Origin: Sphaerodactylus townsendi | Taxonomy: Eukaryota | Assembly: GCF_021028975.2 (NCBI RefSeq) | Contig: NC_059425.1 | Span: 125,240,001 to 125,304,000 of the forward strand | Length of the DNA: 64,000 nucleotides | Direction of reading: 5' to 3' | Shown here: piece by piece, positions 1 through 12,927 of the stretch | Position numbering within the stretch: position 1 is the first letter of the stretch | Layout: every line of letters begins with the position of its first letter | Notes under the pieces: generated by a model | Databases searched by the model: none | Seen by the model: the letters and a program-made list of their open reading frames with translations, nothing else | Told to the model about the DNA's origin: nothing | Position numbers and translations under genes: made by a program

Positions 1-109
1 AGATCTCTTGAATGTTAAACAGGTGTGCTAGCATAATGTAGCCTCACTGCACCTCACAGCCTGGCTCCTCACTCCCTGACGGGTTGGCTGGAAGAGATTT
101 TGGGAGTGT

Positions 110-143
110 TATTTATTTGTTTGTTTGTTTGTTTGTTTGTTTA
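110..143. repeat. (GTTT)n/(ATTT)n microsatellite
   Basis: Directly visible tandem repeat. Confidence 0.9.
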
Positions 144-3100
144 TACTTTAGACTTTTATACCACCAGCATAGGGCTCCAATGTGAAGGATGATATCGTGT
201 CTTAAATCAACTAGATCAAGAGAGGTTTAGCCAGTATACTTATGAGAAACCCTCCATTAGGAGGTCCTAATCAACCAAATGGACTAGGTTCATGACATGG
301 GCTGTATCTAAGGGGCTAGACCCCTATTCCTGTCCTCTTGACAGGAGGTTCTTCTAATTATTGTCACTAAAGAGCTCTGGTCTAGCCAACTGTTCCATCA
401 AGGTGCATTTGCCAGCAATATCTGCCTTCCATGATGGTGTTGATTCCTCCTCATTACTCTACCTCTCTCAAAGTGATTTCTTAAGGGGCTTAATAACATT
501 GATCATCTGTAAAACCCTCTGTGTTTCAATAGAGCCTCACATTAGTATTAATATGCTATCAAAATATGCTATCTTAATATGCTATCAAAAATGATTCCAT
601 GCCTGGCCTGCCTGCACAAGCACATTCCCATGTGTGCCTTGTTACCTAGCTTAACGGTTATGAATATATTTTTAAAGTAGCAATGGGGAAAATAACTCAG
701 CTTGGCAGTGCGAGAGGCAGACTAGGTGGGATCTTTTAGACAGCTATACCAGAATTGGCTTTTGAAACATTCCACAGAGAATGCAAAATAGACCAAATTG
801 TAGTTTAAATATTTTTATATAAATGTTGGTTGCAAACAATCACACAGTAAAATATGGAGAAGCATATACACAGTTCCTAAGTGATATAAAAAGGGAGGAG
901 AGGGATAGGTCTGGATGATAGAATTGGGAGAGGGAGCAGGGGACTTATACATTACCTAAATTCAGCTGAAGAAGTTCTTGGAGAAGGCAAGGATTCCTAT
1001 GCCAGCATAGGGATCCAATGCGAAGGATGATATCGTGTCTCAAACCAACTAGATCAAGAGAGGTTTAGCCAGTAAAGAGCGCTGAGGCTATGGTGCACAG
1101 TATTTTCATACCGTTTGCGCAGGTAGAGGCGGGCTCAGGTAAGTTTCAGTTTCGTTTTCCTGGATCAGTTGGGATTTCCCATGCTGGGAGTGCTGGCTTG
1201 AGCTAATTAATAGCTCTATCTATTGTTTTTAAGTGTTGGGATAATAGAGCCAATTGTTCCTTGATTAGATCATTGTTAGTCTTGAATGACTTCTTATAGA
1301 GTTACTCTTTGGAGTCTCTGCCCATGTATTCAAATTTAGCTGAGGCTTTGAGTGGATCAGGAAGGGATTGATTGTTAAGGAGATTGTATCTAAAGGTAGA
1401 AGAAATATCAGGGAAGGAATGATTGCAAATGTTGATGGTTGCTACAGAGAGATATCACAATTTCAGGGCATGGTATTCCTGTATCATTTGCATAGCTGCA
1501 GCCATGGCAAGGTGTGGCATTCAAGATTGAGGCCTTTGGAGGTGCTGAGTGAATTAACCCTTTCATTGGTGTGCTGGCAGATCTCCTTTTGCAGAGTTGG
1601 CCCGTTTCTAGCTTGGACCTCTGCTCCATACATATATGGCTGTTAGCTTTCATTAAATATATATATTGTATGAAAAATCATATAAAATCCATATTCCAGT
1701 AATGTCAGGTATGAAGGGTAGGGCAACAGCCTACACAGAGGACTATTAGATGAACAAACAGTTATGGTAAATAACACTGTTTTTTTTCCACAATGGAACA
1801 AATAGCAATTCCAGGGAGGTATGTTTGGTATGGAAAAAGTCACTAGAAGAAGGTGTCCCCATTCTTTTGCTCATTGGTCCTAAAACAAATTGGGTTCAGA
1901 TGTGCCTGTTATTTAAAGAGTAGGGACCCTGATCTATTCACAGTACTCCCAGTGTCATACATGATTGGATTCTAAATAAATATTACTCAGAATGATAGTA
2001 ATATGCTATGTTGTCGTAAAGGCAAAATATGAAGAGAGTAGCAAAAAGATTAAAGTACAACCAATGGTAATTTTGGTCACACCATTTAGGTTCCTATTTA
2101 AACTAGTCTCTATGATACTGATGAATTAGACTGAAGACAAATTTCAAAGGCAGGGCAGAATGGATAGATGGAAGCAAGGAAAGGTGCAAATGTAGTTGCA
2201 GATTAGTAGACTACTTGAGAATGGCAAGAAAATATAGTTTGCATGTGGACTGTGCTCAGTTCTCATTTGGATCCCTCAGATCTTTCATCAACCCATTTAT
2301 CTTTGGGATTGAAAATGACTCTTTGTGGTGGGTCTTTTGAAATGAATGGCAATAAAGATGTGTCAGACTTCTTCCCTATGTTCAAGATTGACATGTCCCT
2401 TATCAAGTACTGGGCAATTTCATTAATTCTGATGGGTAAAACTCATTTTATTGTATAGGTACTTATCTTTACACAGAAATAACACATATGTGGTTCAAAT
2501 TAGATGAGATACTGAGAGCTCTATCTGGATCTTCCTAGAAATAGTTGAAAAACAATTTCAGTTGTCTGGGACACCTATTCAAACTGGGCCACACAGGAAG
2601 GGCAGAGTGGGTTTAATCCTTTTTAATCAGCTCGATGATTGACTAATCAAAAACTCCCATGTTGGTATTACTTCATTAAAGGACCGCCATCCCCTAATTA
2701 TGACAACTGGACACCACACAATAGGCAGTAGATTACATCAGTTTACAGTGTTTACTCAAATGCACAATGCCACTGTTCTAGAAAGACAAACAGCTCTTTT
2801 TTGGGGGGAGGGATGAAGTTGACAAATGATAGATGAGGAAGGGATAGCTTGTCCCATGTGAAACTGCTCATTACTTTCTTGGGTGAAGACTCTTTTATGC
2901 ATGCCTCCACTTTCAGACATGAGAGGTACTCACTAGGGATCTTCACCTTGGAAGAACATTTGCTGTGAAACCCCCTTGTCTCAACATGTCACCTGGTGCT
3001 TAGCCTGGGTCAGTTGTGTTGACCTTTGGATAATACTTTTAAAATATTGATTTCTGCTTTGGCTGGATGGTGGGTCCTGGTTTTTATGCTGACTATAATA

Positions 3101-3499
3101 AATGTGTTCCTTTAAAATTTGTTGTGGGTATTGTATTGTTTGTAGATATTGTCTCAGGTCTATTTTGACTGTAAGCTACATCATAAGCCGGTAGCCTAGC
3201 AGTTTGCAAGATAAAAAGATAATGAATAAATACATAGCCTTTGAATAAATAACTCACCCCAGACTCTTTCTAGGAAAAATGAAATCAGAAGAAATGTATG
3301 TTTTGACTCTGTTGGAGAATGCTGCTGGAGAATTATTTGGTTCACACAGAAACAACAGGCAGGCCTCTTGTGCCTGCTGCGTCTTGGGTCCTTGAGCATT
3401 GCCATGCTCCTTCGAATGATGTGTGGTTTGTATTATCTATCTCTAAAATTAATACAATTTAAGGGTTTTTTTTAAAAAAAATCACAGTTTTGGGGTTTT

Positions 3500-4514
3500 C
3501 ATGCAATGAAAATATTCAAGAGAATATTAGATAAACGAATGCAAAATCACATATCCATTATGCCAAACCAGTGCGGCTTCATCAAGGGCTGCGGTACTAC
3601 TGATGCTATACTGTTAATGGAAAAACATAAAGAAAAGAAAATACCACTACACTGGCTTTCCTGGACCTGGAAAAAGCCTCCGATAGGGCCCCTCATGCTC
3701 TCATATGGCATGCACTTCGAACACATGGAATCCCAGAAGAATATATGCAATGGACACAAATGCTATATAGCAAAGCAACAAGCATGGTGTGGTGTCCAGC
3801 AGGAATCTCCCCACCTTTTAACATCAGTGTCGGCGTACATCAAGGCTCTGCCCTATTACCATTGCTGTTTATACTCTGCATGGATACTCTTACCACTGAC
3901 TTGCAGATGGCACACCCATGGACACTTCTGTATGATGATGTCATACTTGCCAACAAAGGCTGCCAGGCGTTCCAGCAACAGTTGCAGTCATAGAACAATC
4001 GGCTCACAGAATATGGATTACATCTGAACATTCCAAAAACTGAATACCTCGAATGTGGCCCCCAAACAGATGGAACAATCGAAATCCGCAGCCAGAAAAT
4101 AAACGAAGTCACCAAATTCAAATACTTTGGATCACTGGTTTCAGCTGATGGAAACACACTGACTGATGCCCGGTCACGAGTCAATGCTGCGTGGCTTAAA
4201 TGGTGGCAAACCACTGGCATCTTGTGTGATAAGAAAATGCCTGAACACCTCAAGGCCAAAATCTACAAAACAGTTGTTCACCCACCAGCACTGTATGGAG
4301 CCGAATGCTGGCCAGCAACAAGAAAACATGAACAAGCCCTTCATGTGGTGGAAATGAGGATGCTTTGATGGATGCTAAACCTGAAACTGTTTGACCATGT
4401 GCTGAATGATGACATACGGCAAAGACTTAAAATAACACCAATTAACCAATACAGTTGCATTCATGGAACAATTGGCTCACAGAATATGGATTACGTCTGA
4501 ACATTCCAAAAACT
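3500..4514 (+). mobile_element. RTE-clade LINE, degenerate reverse-transcriptase fragment (5' part)
   Basis: Frameshifted RT motifs NQCGFIKGCGTTDAI, FLDLEKA, SVGVHQGSALLPLLFILCMD, PWTLLY-DDVILA, FKYFGS. Confidence 0.85.
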
Positions 4515-5672
4515 AGATAGATAGATAGATAGTTTAATACGGCCAAAGGCCAGCAAAGACAAAACAAAACAACAGCACACATCCACAACAGCAAATTACA
4601 ACAATTATTACAGCTAACCATTTACATGAATGTTTGGCTTTCAGCTCATCCCTGATTAAGTAGGCCCTTGCGTTTTTTATACGCCAATGCACAGGACTTT
4701 GCTACCTGCTGGGAGATGGTTGCATCCTTGTCTTCCAACAGCATTTTCCTAATCTCTTGGTCAGAATCCTTTGCAATTATCAAGCTGTGTTGCACAAGCA
4801 GAGGTAAAATAAAGAGCTCTCTTTCTGCCTTATGTAGCATGCAGTGTAACAAGATATGTATCATAGAATCAACGTCCCCAGAATTACAAACACATTTCCT
4901 CAAATGCCAAGGGTTTTTCCCAAATCTGCCTATAAGCATAGATGATGGAAATGCGTCAAACCGTGCTCTAGAAAAGGCCCATCGGTATTTGGCTATGGTA
5001 ATATGTTGAATGTAGGGGGCCATTACTGTACCGCTACCAGATTTCAATGGTCTATATAGAGCAGGAAATGAGGCATTATCATTTTGGTAGTCAATGTCAT
5101 CCAATCGTTGATATACCATCTTAAGAGCTAAGGGCAAGTCCTATTCAAGCATCAGCATAGGGTCTAGCCCAATCTGTTTAAGCTTCAGGATAATCTTCTC
5201 CGACCAGATTGGATATGGTGATGTTGACAGAAATGCTGGTAATAGGCCCTGGGGGTGTAGGTGGACTTTAATCCAATATTTGATGGCTCTCTTCCAGACT
5301 ATAGTCTCCACTTTAGCTATTCCTGCTTCAAGTCTCAATACAGTGTTGGGCGTACATTTTGATGTATTGAATAGAGATCTAAGGAATGTTGTTGTAACTT
5401 TTTCCAGAGGTGTAAAGTTGGATATGTAACCTAGTTGGGCTCCATATGTTAATTGTGGAATGGATTTTGCTGTAAACAATTTAACAGCAGCTGGAATGTA
5501 GTCTCCCCCCTGGGTATGGTAGAATCTCAGTATCGCTTGGGCGCTCTTTTGAGCAGATTGGACAAGGGATTGGATATGAGCTGTAGGTTTGCCATTATAC
5601 TGGAAAATTACCCCCAAGTATCTGAAGCATTTGACCTGATCAATTGGATGCCCTTCGATTGTCCATCTTTCC
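4515..5672 (-). mobile_element. 5'-truncated RTE-X-like LINE inserted into the RTE element
   Basis: ORF2 C-terminus (FRYLGVIF; RARFD...RKCVCNSGDVDSMIHILLHC Cys/His motif), ATTAAA plus (CTAT)n tail, 11-bp TSD TTCCAAAAACT at 4504-4514 and 5673-5683. Confidence 0.85.
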
Positions 5673-5945
5673 TTCCAAAAACTGAATACCTTGAATGCAG
5701 ACATGGCTAAAGTGATATGGCCATGTCATGCGCTGTGAGGAAACATCCGTAGCAAAGACAGCCCTGCACCTTGAACCTGGTGGATTCCGCCCATGTGGCA
5801 GTCCCAAAAAATGGTGGATGGACACAATCAATGAAGACCTGCAGGCAAAGAACCTTACCCCAGAAGACACTTAAAATCATGACCTTTGGAAGAGACAGTT
5901 ACAAAACTAACCCTGCACATGCAGGAAACCAGTCCGGAAAGAAAA
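5673..5945 (+). mobile_element. RTE-clade LINE 3' end (continuation of 3500-4514)
   Basis: WLK*YGHVMR...KTALHL...RPCGSPKKWWMDTINEDL, typical of the RTE ORF C-terminus. Confidence 0.8.
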
Positions 5946-6193
5946 AAACAGTTTTTGGGTTCTCTGATTTTATCCCATTTTTTGTTTTCTTTTCCATTGC
6001 CTGTCATTCTCTAAAACTATTGTTGAGATAATCTGTCCCACTTTCTCAAAATATAACCTGTAAATATGGGCAACAGCTGTGTTGGATTTTGAAGGTTTTG
6101 ACGTCTTCAAGATTTTCATGAATTTCACACAGTGCTTATGAGAAAAGGAACTATTCTTCGTTCTCTAAGAATTATCTGTCAAACAAGTAGTTA

Positions 6194-6460
6194 GAAGAAG
6201 AGGAAGAAGAGTTTGGATTTCGCATTTCTCTCCTGTAAGAAGTCTCAAAGTAGCTCACTAACTTCTTTCTCTTCCTCTCCTCACAAAAACCCCTGAGAGA
6301 ACTGTGACTAGCCTAAGGATACCCAGCAGGCTTTGTGCATAGGAACAGGGAAACAAGTCCAGTTCACTAGATAAAAGTCCACCACTCATGTGGAGGAGTG
6401 GAAAATCCAAATGGTTCTCCAGATTAGAGTCCACTGTTCTTGATCACTACATCATGTTAG
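6194..6460 (-). mobile_element. tRNA-derived SINE (Squam3-like)
   Basis: (GAA)n-type tail at left, internally duplicated tRNA-like head at right; resembles squamate SINEs by recall. Confidence 0.6.
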
Positions 6461-8709
6461 ATCTTATTTATTTCTGCAATGTAATTTCCAGGTGAATTAA
6501 TTAACTTGGACCACAGTTTTAGTCAGCCAATAGCATTTTAAGGAAGGACTCCACATTAGTAAAATACAGCATAGCAACGGCTGTCAATGACTGTGAAGGT
6601 GTTCTAAATGAAATTAAACACTGTCTCCATCCTGTCTAGTGGGCCAACTTTGATGATTTATTGCCTAGTCAAAGTGAGCCCTCCGCTGGCATATTCAGCA
6701 TCCCATTTTTTGAAGTTTATTTTTAAAAATATGATAACTCTGCTAAATATGGAGATATTGGAATGCAATTTGCAAATATGTTCATAACACTGTATAATTT
6801 TGTGTTTCAAGGCTGAATACCAGCTTGACCTTCACATGTGCTTTTTTAGGGTAGGGAGGGGAGAGAAAAAGCAAATGCAACATAATGTGATCTGCCTTGA
6901 ATACTGATATATTAAGAATAAAACTTGGTGTATGTGTTTGCTTAGGACAACAATTTGCATTTCAAATAGGCATCTGAGATCAATTACCACTTCCATTTTA
7001 AAGGTGATGAGAAAGTGGAACAGGGCAAAAAATAATGTTTCCCTAAAAGATTGAGGGAGTGAAAAATTGGCAACTACATTCAGGGCAATGGATCCAAACA
7101 GCTTTTTCCTCCACTCAGACTTCCAGTTCCCTCCTATCACAGTTCCCAAGTCATATGGATCTTGTCCATTCAGTTCCCATGATTCCTAGCATGGTCATTT
7201 GGATATTTGAAAGGGATTCCTCTTTTCTTTTTTGGAAAAGAAAAACTTGTTGATTCCAATGCATCAAAACATTCTGTGTTTTAGGAATGAGCCTGAGTTT
7301 CACATATGCACTTGTCTGACAACATTCTGGAAACAGATGCAGGTATAAAATTCAAGTTTGTTCTTTGAACAACCTCTTGTTACAATAAATTACCCTACAT
7401 ATTTGACAAATGTTCATGAATTGGAAGAGTGGAGAGACCAAACTCTAGCTTATCGTTATTAAATGGGTAATTTTTTAAATAAAGAGAACATGTATGTGAA
7501 CTGTTATATAGGGAGAACTTTTCAGTGATATAGATAGGAGTAATATATTGAGTAATATATCTAAAAATTAAACCATTTTAACTGATGCTGTGCTTTTCAG
7601 TCCCAATTTAGCTACATCACAAAATAATTTGCTAATAACAGTGCACAAGTAGATGAGATAAATGAAGTAGAATAGAGATTGTTCAATTTAAGCAATTCTA
7701 AAATTATATTCTTTTTAAAATATCCATCTACTTTAGCTAATGTGATAAATACTACTTGGCAATAAACTGCTTTTTGTTCCCAATATGCATCCATTTAGAG
7801 CCAATAAAATAGTTCAAAAATTGTACATTTTGAAAAACTGTAATTGTACGTGTTTTGCTCCTTTTCTTGGACAGTGCAGTCCTGGTAGGGGACAGGCGAA
7901 GCAATCATGTATATAACTAGCTGCTGCTACACTGTCTTACCTCTGAAATATGTTGCCATAAGTGGGAATTGCACTGGCACAGTGCCCCAGCACTGCCATG
8001 TCAATTCTGCCCACCAGCACAAGCCTACCATGACCACCCATTCGTGGTCCACTGGCATAGGCTCCGGAACAGATGTAGAAGTGGAAGAGCAAGAGGACTG
8101 GGCAAGAGTTAGTTTCCTTCCTAAGCTACTTCAGTCCACAACACCATAAAAAATGCAGTATGCCCCATAGGTGCCCATGCAAATGAAAATCCAACTGCCC
8201 CCTTAGGACAGTGAAACCCCACTTAAAAGGTCCAGTGGGACACAGGATACAGACTATAGCTGCCCTCATCACCATCTTCATCAGCAGTAGTAAATCTCTT
8301 CTGCAGAACCAAGTCGCTGACCCAGAGCCCTAGGTATACCCCTGCCATAATGCCCTGTAACTCATAGGGCTCTGCCTCAGAGTTTCCTACTGCAAAGACA
8401 TAAGATTGAATGGCATTGAGCATTGGTAGCAGGAAAAGCAACAAGGGCACTAAGAACTACCGGGTGAGTACTTAGATCACCCAAGGGAGAGAGCAAAATC
8501 TACACCATATGGTTAATATAGTTCCTTGCAGAACCTTAATAGATCCCTCCTCTTTGGAGACTTGACTGGAAGGGACAACCACACTGTAACAGGTTAAGAA
8601 GCAAGCCTTTATTGGCATAGAACATTCACTGTGACAGGTGAATAAGGGTTGAGAATTCAGCTGCCCTACCTGGCCATCCACATCTACCTCTCCCATTTCC
8701 CTTCTCTAA

Positions 8710-9220
8710 GGCCCTTTCTGCACCGCAATGGTGTGGGGGTGCGTTGGCATAAACAATGCTGATGCACCCCCCTGGGACCGTTTGCATGGATGGTCCCAGG
8801 AGGGCGGCAGGCGGTGGCACAGCCTTTGCATAGGCTGCACCATTGCTGAACGCCTACCTTGTCTCCTGGCTTCCAGCTCGTCGCAGAAGCCAGGGGACAT
8901 GCCCCCGCAGCCTGGAGCGACGGCTCTGGAGTCGCAGGCCGGGGGGGCATGTCCCCTGGCCTCTGCAACAAGCTGGAAGCCAGGAGACAAGGTAGGCATT
9001 CAGGAAAGGGAGGGGGAATGGCGCCTTCCAGATGCTGCCGTTCGCACGGCAGTGGCTGGAAGCCGCTGTTTCTGAAATACTTCAGTCAGGGAGCGAGGTT
9101 CGGAAACAGCGGCTTCACACCACTTGGGGGTTGCGAGGCCGCCGGCCATGTGAACCCCTTCCCAGGGATGCTGTTTTTAGCATCCCTGGGTCGCTGTATT
9201 CCGCCTTTGCGGAAACAGCC
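8710..9220. mobile_element. Non-autonomous PIF/Harbinger-type DNA transposon (MITE) with internal 156-bp palindrome
   Basis: TAA TSD (8707-8709, 9221-9223); imperfect TIRs GGCCCTTTCTGCA / TGCGGAAACAGCC; GC- and CpG-rich. Confidence 0.75.
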
Positions 9221-10465
9221 TAAGACTGGGTGCTCTTGCCTATATGCTGGCTTCCACAACAGCTGCTCTTACCCAAATGCTGACTTCCACAATATTTCAC
9301 AACAGTGAAATATTGGTAGGGAGCACCCTGACCAATTCCTTCTCATGATGGTCCATATGGCAAAATGGGGGCAGAAAGTATAATCAGGACAAATGTAACC
9401 AGGACAACTACATTAACTTGCAGTTGCTAATCACCTCTCCCTGGGATGAGTGTCATCAGTATCTGCTTCAAGGGGGTCCCCTGGCAATGTGATCCTCCTA
9501 GGGCACTGCACATACCATGGTGCCTATGCAGTTTGCCATTGCTATATGTGTCTCTGTTTCACTCTTCCACACGCACGCACACACGCACACACACACAAAA
9601 CTTCCCGCTAGGAATTTCTGCTCCCAAATCACTTAATCATTACTTACTGAAATACTGATTTCAATCATCATAACTTAATCTTATCTTTTCTACTTCTAAG
9701 GAAAGACCTTGTATAAATCTTTTCATGTTATAACAGCTACTAAATGAAACTAAATCAGTCAAAGAAGAGATTTGTCCTATTACCTTTACTTATTTCTTTC
9801 TGCTCTTATTTTTTTTTTTTTTACTAATACTGAAAACCTAATGTTAGGTATTTGTATTCCTCTTTTACTTAAATATATTTTATTGACAAACCACAGCCTT
9901 CTCTAAATTTCTCTAAGTTCTGATATTTAATAAATATGAACAGTTTATTCATTGACATAAACTCAGTCATTTTCTGTATCCATTTTTTTAATAATTGGAT
10001 TTTGCATGGACTTCCACTTTGTCAATTACAATAACTTTTATGAAATTAAACTTCTTAAAGTTAGGCTTGTGATAGATACACAACAGACATTGAACAATAG
10101 GGTAGAGCTTAGAATTTCCAGGTGTGCTCTTACAACAGGCAAAATCTTTCCTCTGTCCTCAATTGTCTTGACTTTCCTCTGTCCTCAATCGTCTTGATTA
10201 AATGAATAGTGGGAGAAAAATTGTGAGGGGATGGCATTACAGCCTCCAACAAAACTCCAGGAAATCCTCAATCTCTAAGGTCTTTACCTTAGTATACAGA
10301 ACTTCCCTCTCCCAGACTGTATCCCCAGCTTCAAAGATTTATTTATTTGTTTGTTTATTTGTTTATTCATCAAAGGGCTCTGGGTGGTATACAACCCAAT
10401 TAAACAGTAGCCAGGGAGGAACAGCCACGTCCCAAAAGAATTGAGACGCTGGATCCACTTTGGTC

Positions 10466-12039
10466 CATGGCCCCTTCACCAGTTTGTTTACTTGTCCTTT
10501 GCCAATGGCTAGAACAGTACCCAAATAAGCTGGGGGCCGAGTTCCTGAGGGAAGGTTTCCTTTGGGTTTCAGGATCTCATACACGGGCCCCAGGAGGGCC
10601 TCCTTTGCCCCTAACATAAGTTTGGCAAGAGAATTTCCAGGGATAGTGGCCGATAAGATCAAGAAGGAGGTGGAGGCTAGCAGGATTGCAGGCCCATTTC
10701 TCAGCCCTCCTTTGGTGACGTTAAGGGTCTCACCAATAGGGATCATGCCCAAGAAGAGCCCGGGGGAGTACTGCATGATTCAACACCTTTCTTACATCAA
10801 AGGAGGATCAGTAAATGGCTTTATTGACCCAGCCAGGTGCTCAGTTTGGTACGCCACCTTGGATGAGGCGGTAGAGCTGATCAGGGTGGCTGGCCCCGGG
10901 GCCAAACTGGCAAAATGCAATATACAGTTGGCCTTCAGACTCTTGCCCATTTGTCCTGGGGATTTTGACTTGCTGGGAATTTGTTTCCAGAATCACTGGT
11001 ATGTCGACAAGGCAATGCCGATGGGCTGTTTGATTGCATGCTCAGCATTTGAGTCATTTAGCACCTTTCTGGAGTGGGCCTTTACCCGCAGGGCACCGTC
11101 AGGCTTAGTGACCCACTACCTGGATTATTTCTTGTTCATTGGTGGGCAGGGAACAGGGGAATGCCAAAGTGCTTTGCACACCTTCCAGATGTTAATGGAG
11201 GAGTTGGGAGTTCCATTAGCCCCCAAGAAGACGGAAGGGCCGTCTGTCCACCTTAGCTATTTGGGTGTGCAACTGGACACCGTCCAGGATACGTCATCAC
11301 TCCCTCTGGACAAATTGGCAACCTTGGAAGGCATCATAGCCGAGGCATTGCATAGCAAAAAGTGTAGGCTTCGTTTTCTCCAATCACTCCTGGGCCATTT
11401 AAACTTCGCCTGCCGGGTGGTTTCCCCAGGCTGGGCATTTTGCGCCCATCTGGCCAGGTCCCTCTCAGGCGTTTCTGCCCTACATCACTGGATCAGTCAC
11501 CAGGAGCATGAAAGCCAGCCTGAGGGTGTGGCAGCAATTTTTGGTTGCCTTTAATGGCACTTCGCTCTGGCAAGCACCCATGGAACCAGGCTCTGAATTT
11601 CAAGTACACTCAGATGCCGTGGGCGGGGTTGGTTTTGGAGTTTACTTCCAAGGGAATTGGGCCTGGGGCACAGGACCGGCATCACCAGGGACCTAACATT
11701 TTAGAGCTCTTTCCCATCCTAGTAGCGGCCCACTTATGGCATAGGCATTTTCAAAACAAGAGGGTGTTGTTCTGGTGTGACAAACAGGCCGTGGTTAGAG
11801 TAGTCAATCGCTAGTCCAGCAGATCAGAGCATGTAATGCGGCTAGTGCAAAACTTTGTGCTCACTTGCCTGTTGCACAACATATCCTTTAGGGCATCTTT
11901 TATTCCAGGCCTGACTAATGAAATTGCCGATGCTCTTTTGCACCAGCAGGTGGATCGCTTCAGGCGTTTGGCCTCAGAGGCGGAGCGACACCCAGAGATC
12001 ATGCCAGTTGGCCTTTGGGACCTTGGCAGCGAACAGTAA
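10466..12039 (+). pseudogene. Ngaro RT-RNase H (frameshifted)
   Basis: GFRISYTGP, VSPIGIMPKK, AFRLLPI, MPMGC, YLDYF (YLDD mutated), YLGVQLDT, LQSLLGHLNFAC; RNase H HSDA..GFG, LELFPILVA, WCDKQAVV, NEIADAL. Confidence 0.9.
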
Positions 12040-12913
12040 TAGAAGGTGTATTACGTTCTTTAGCTCTGGCGACTCGCCGGACATATGCAGGGGCCGTAAG
12101 GGCTTTCCAATCATTCTCAGCTAATGCCGGCCACCCCCTCTGCCGAGGGGTTGGGGAAGGTTTACTCCTGCATGATTCGGGGTTGCACGCCTGTACCATA
12201 CGGGTGCAGTTGGCTGGGATCGCCTTCTTTTGCCAGTTGTCTGGCTTTCCAGATGTCACGTTGTTCTTTCTAGTCAGCAAGCTGTTGGCAGGCTGGCACT
12301 GCTCGGTGCCCGGCCAAAAGGATCTCCAACTCCCCATCACCAAAGGAGTGTTGCGTGCCATTACCAGGGTACTGCACAGTGTCTGTTCAGCGGACTATGA
12401 AATTCTGTTGTTCACGGCCACATTTCACTTGGCCCATTATGGGACGTTCAGGCCCCGCGAGTTAGTCGCCCCTCCCGAGCTGTGAAGCTGGAGAAGGTGC
12501 TCCAGTTCCCCCACTTAGTGGTGGCAGAGGATGCCGTGCATGTTTGGCTCTCCCATTCCAAAACGGATCAGGTGGGGCGGGGCACATGGGTGACTATGCC
12601 AGCCTTACCAGGCAATATCATATGTCCCCGTGCCTCCATGGTAGTCTGATTGCCGTTCAGGCCCAGGCGGGAGAGCATGCTTTTCATTCATCAGGACTGT
12701 TCCCCACTGACCAGGTATCAGATGTCGGCCATGTTAAGGGGTTGTCTGAACAAATTGGGGTTGCCCTGCAAGGAGTTCAGGCTCCATTCATTCCACATAG
12801 GAGCGGCCACTGCAGCAGCCCAGGAGGGCAGGGCCCTGGAAAAGATCCAGGCCGTAGGCAGGTGGCGTTCAGGAGCCTTTTGGGCATATGTGTGTCCTCA
12901 CTTATCCCTTTAA
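12015..12913 (+). pseudogene. Ngaro tyrosine recombinase (disrupted)
   Basis: SLALATRRTY, GTFRPREL, HSKTDQ, HSFHIGAAT (HxxR mutated), GRWRSGAFWAY. Confidence 0.88.
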
Positions 12914-12927
12914 TCCCCCTTTTGCAG

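Noticed and set aside
2600-3190. Possible solo LTR
   Set aside because: AATAAA present but no definable TG..CA ends or TSD
8626-9308. Cluster of overlapping ORFs on both strands
   Set aside because: Artefact of a GC-rich palindromic MITE; mirror-image peptides and no recognisable domains
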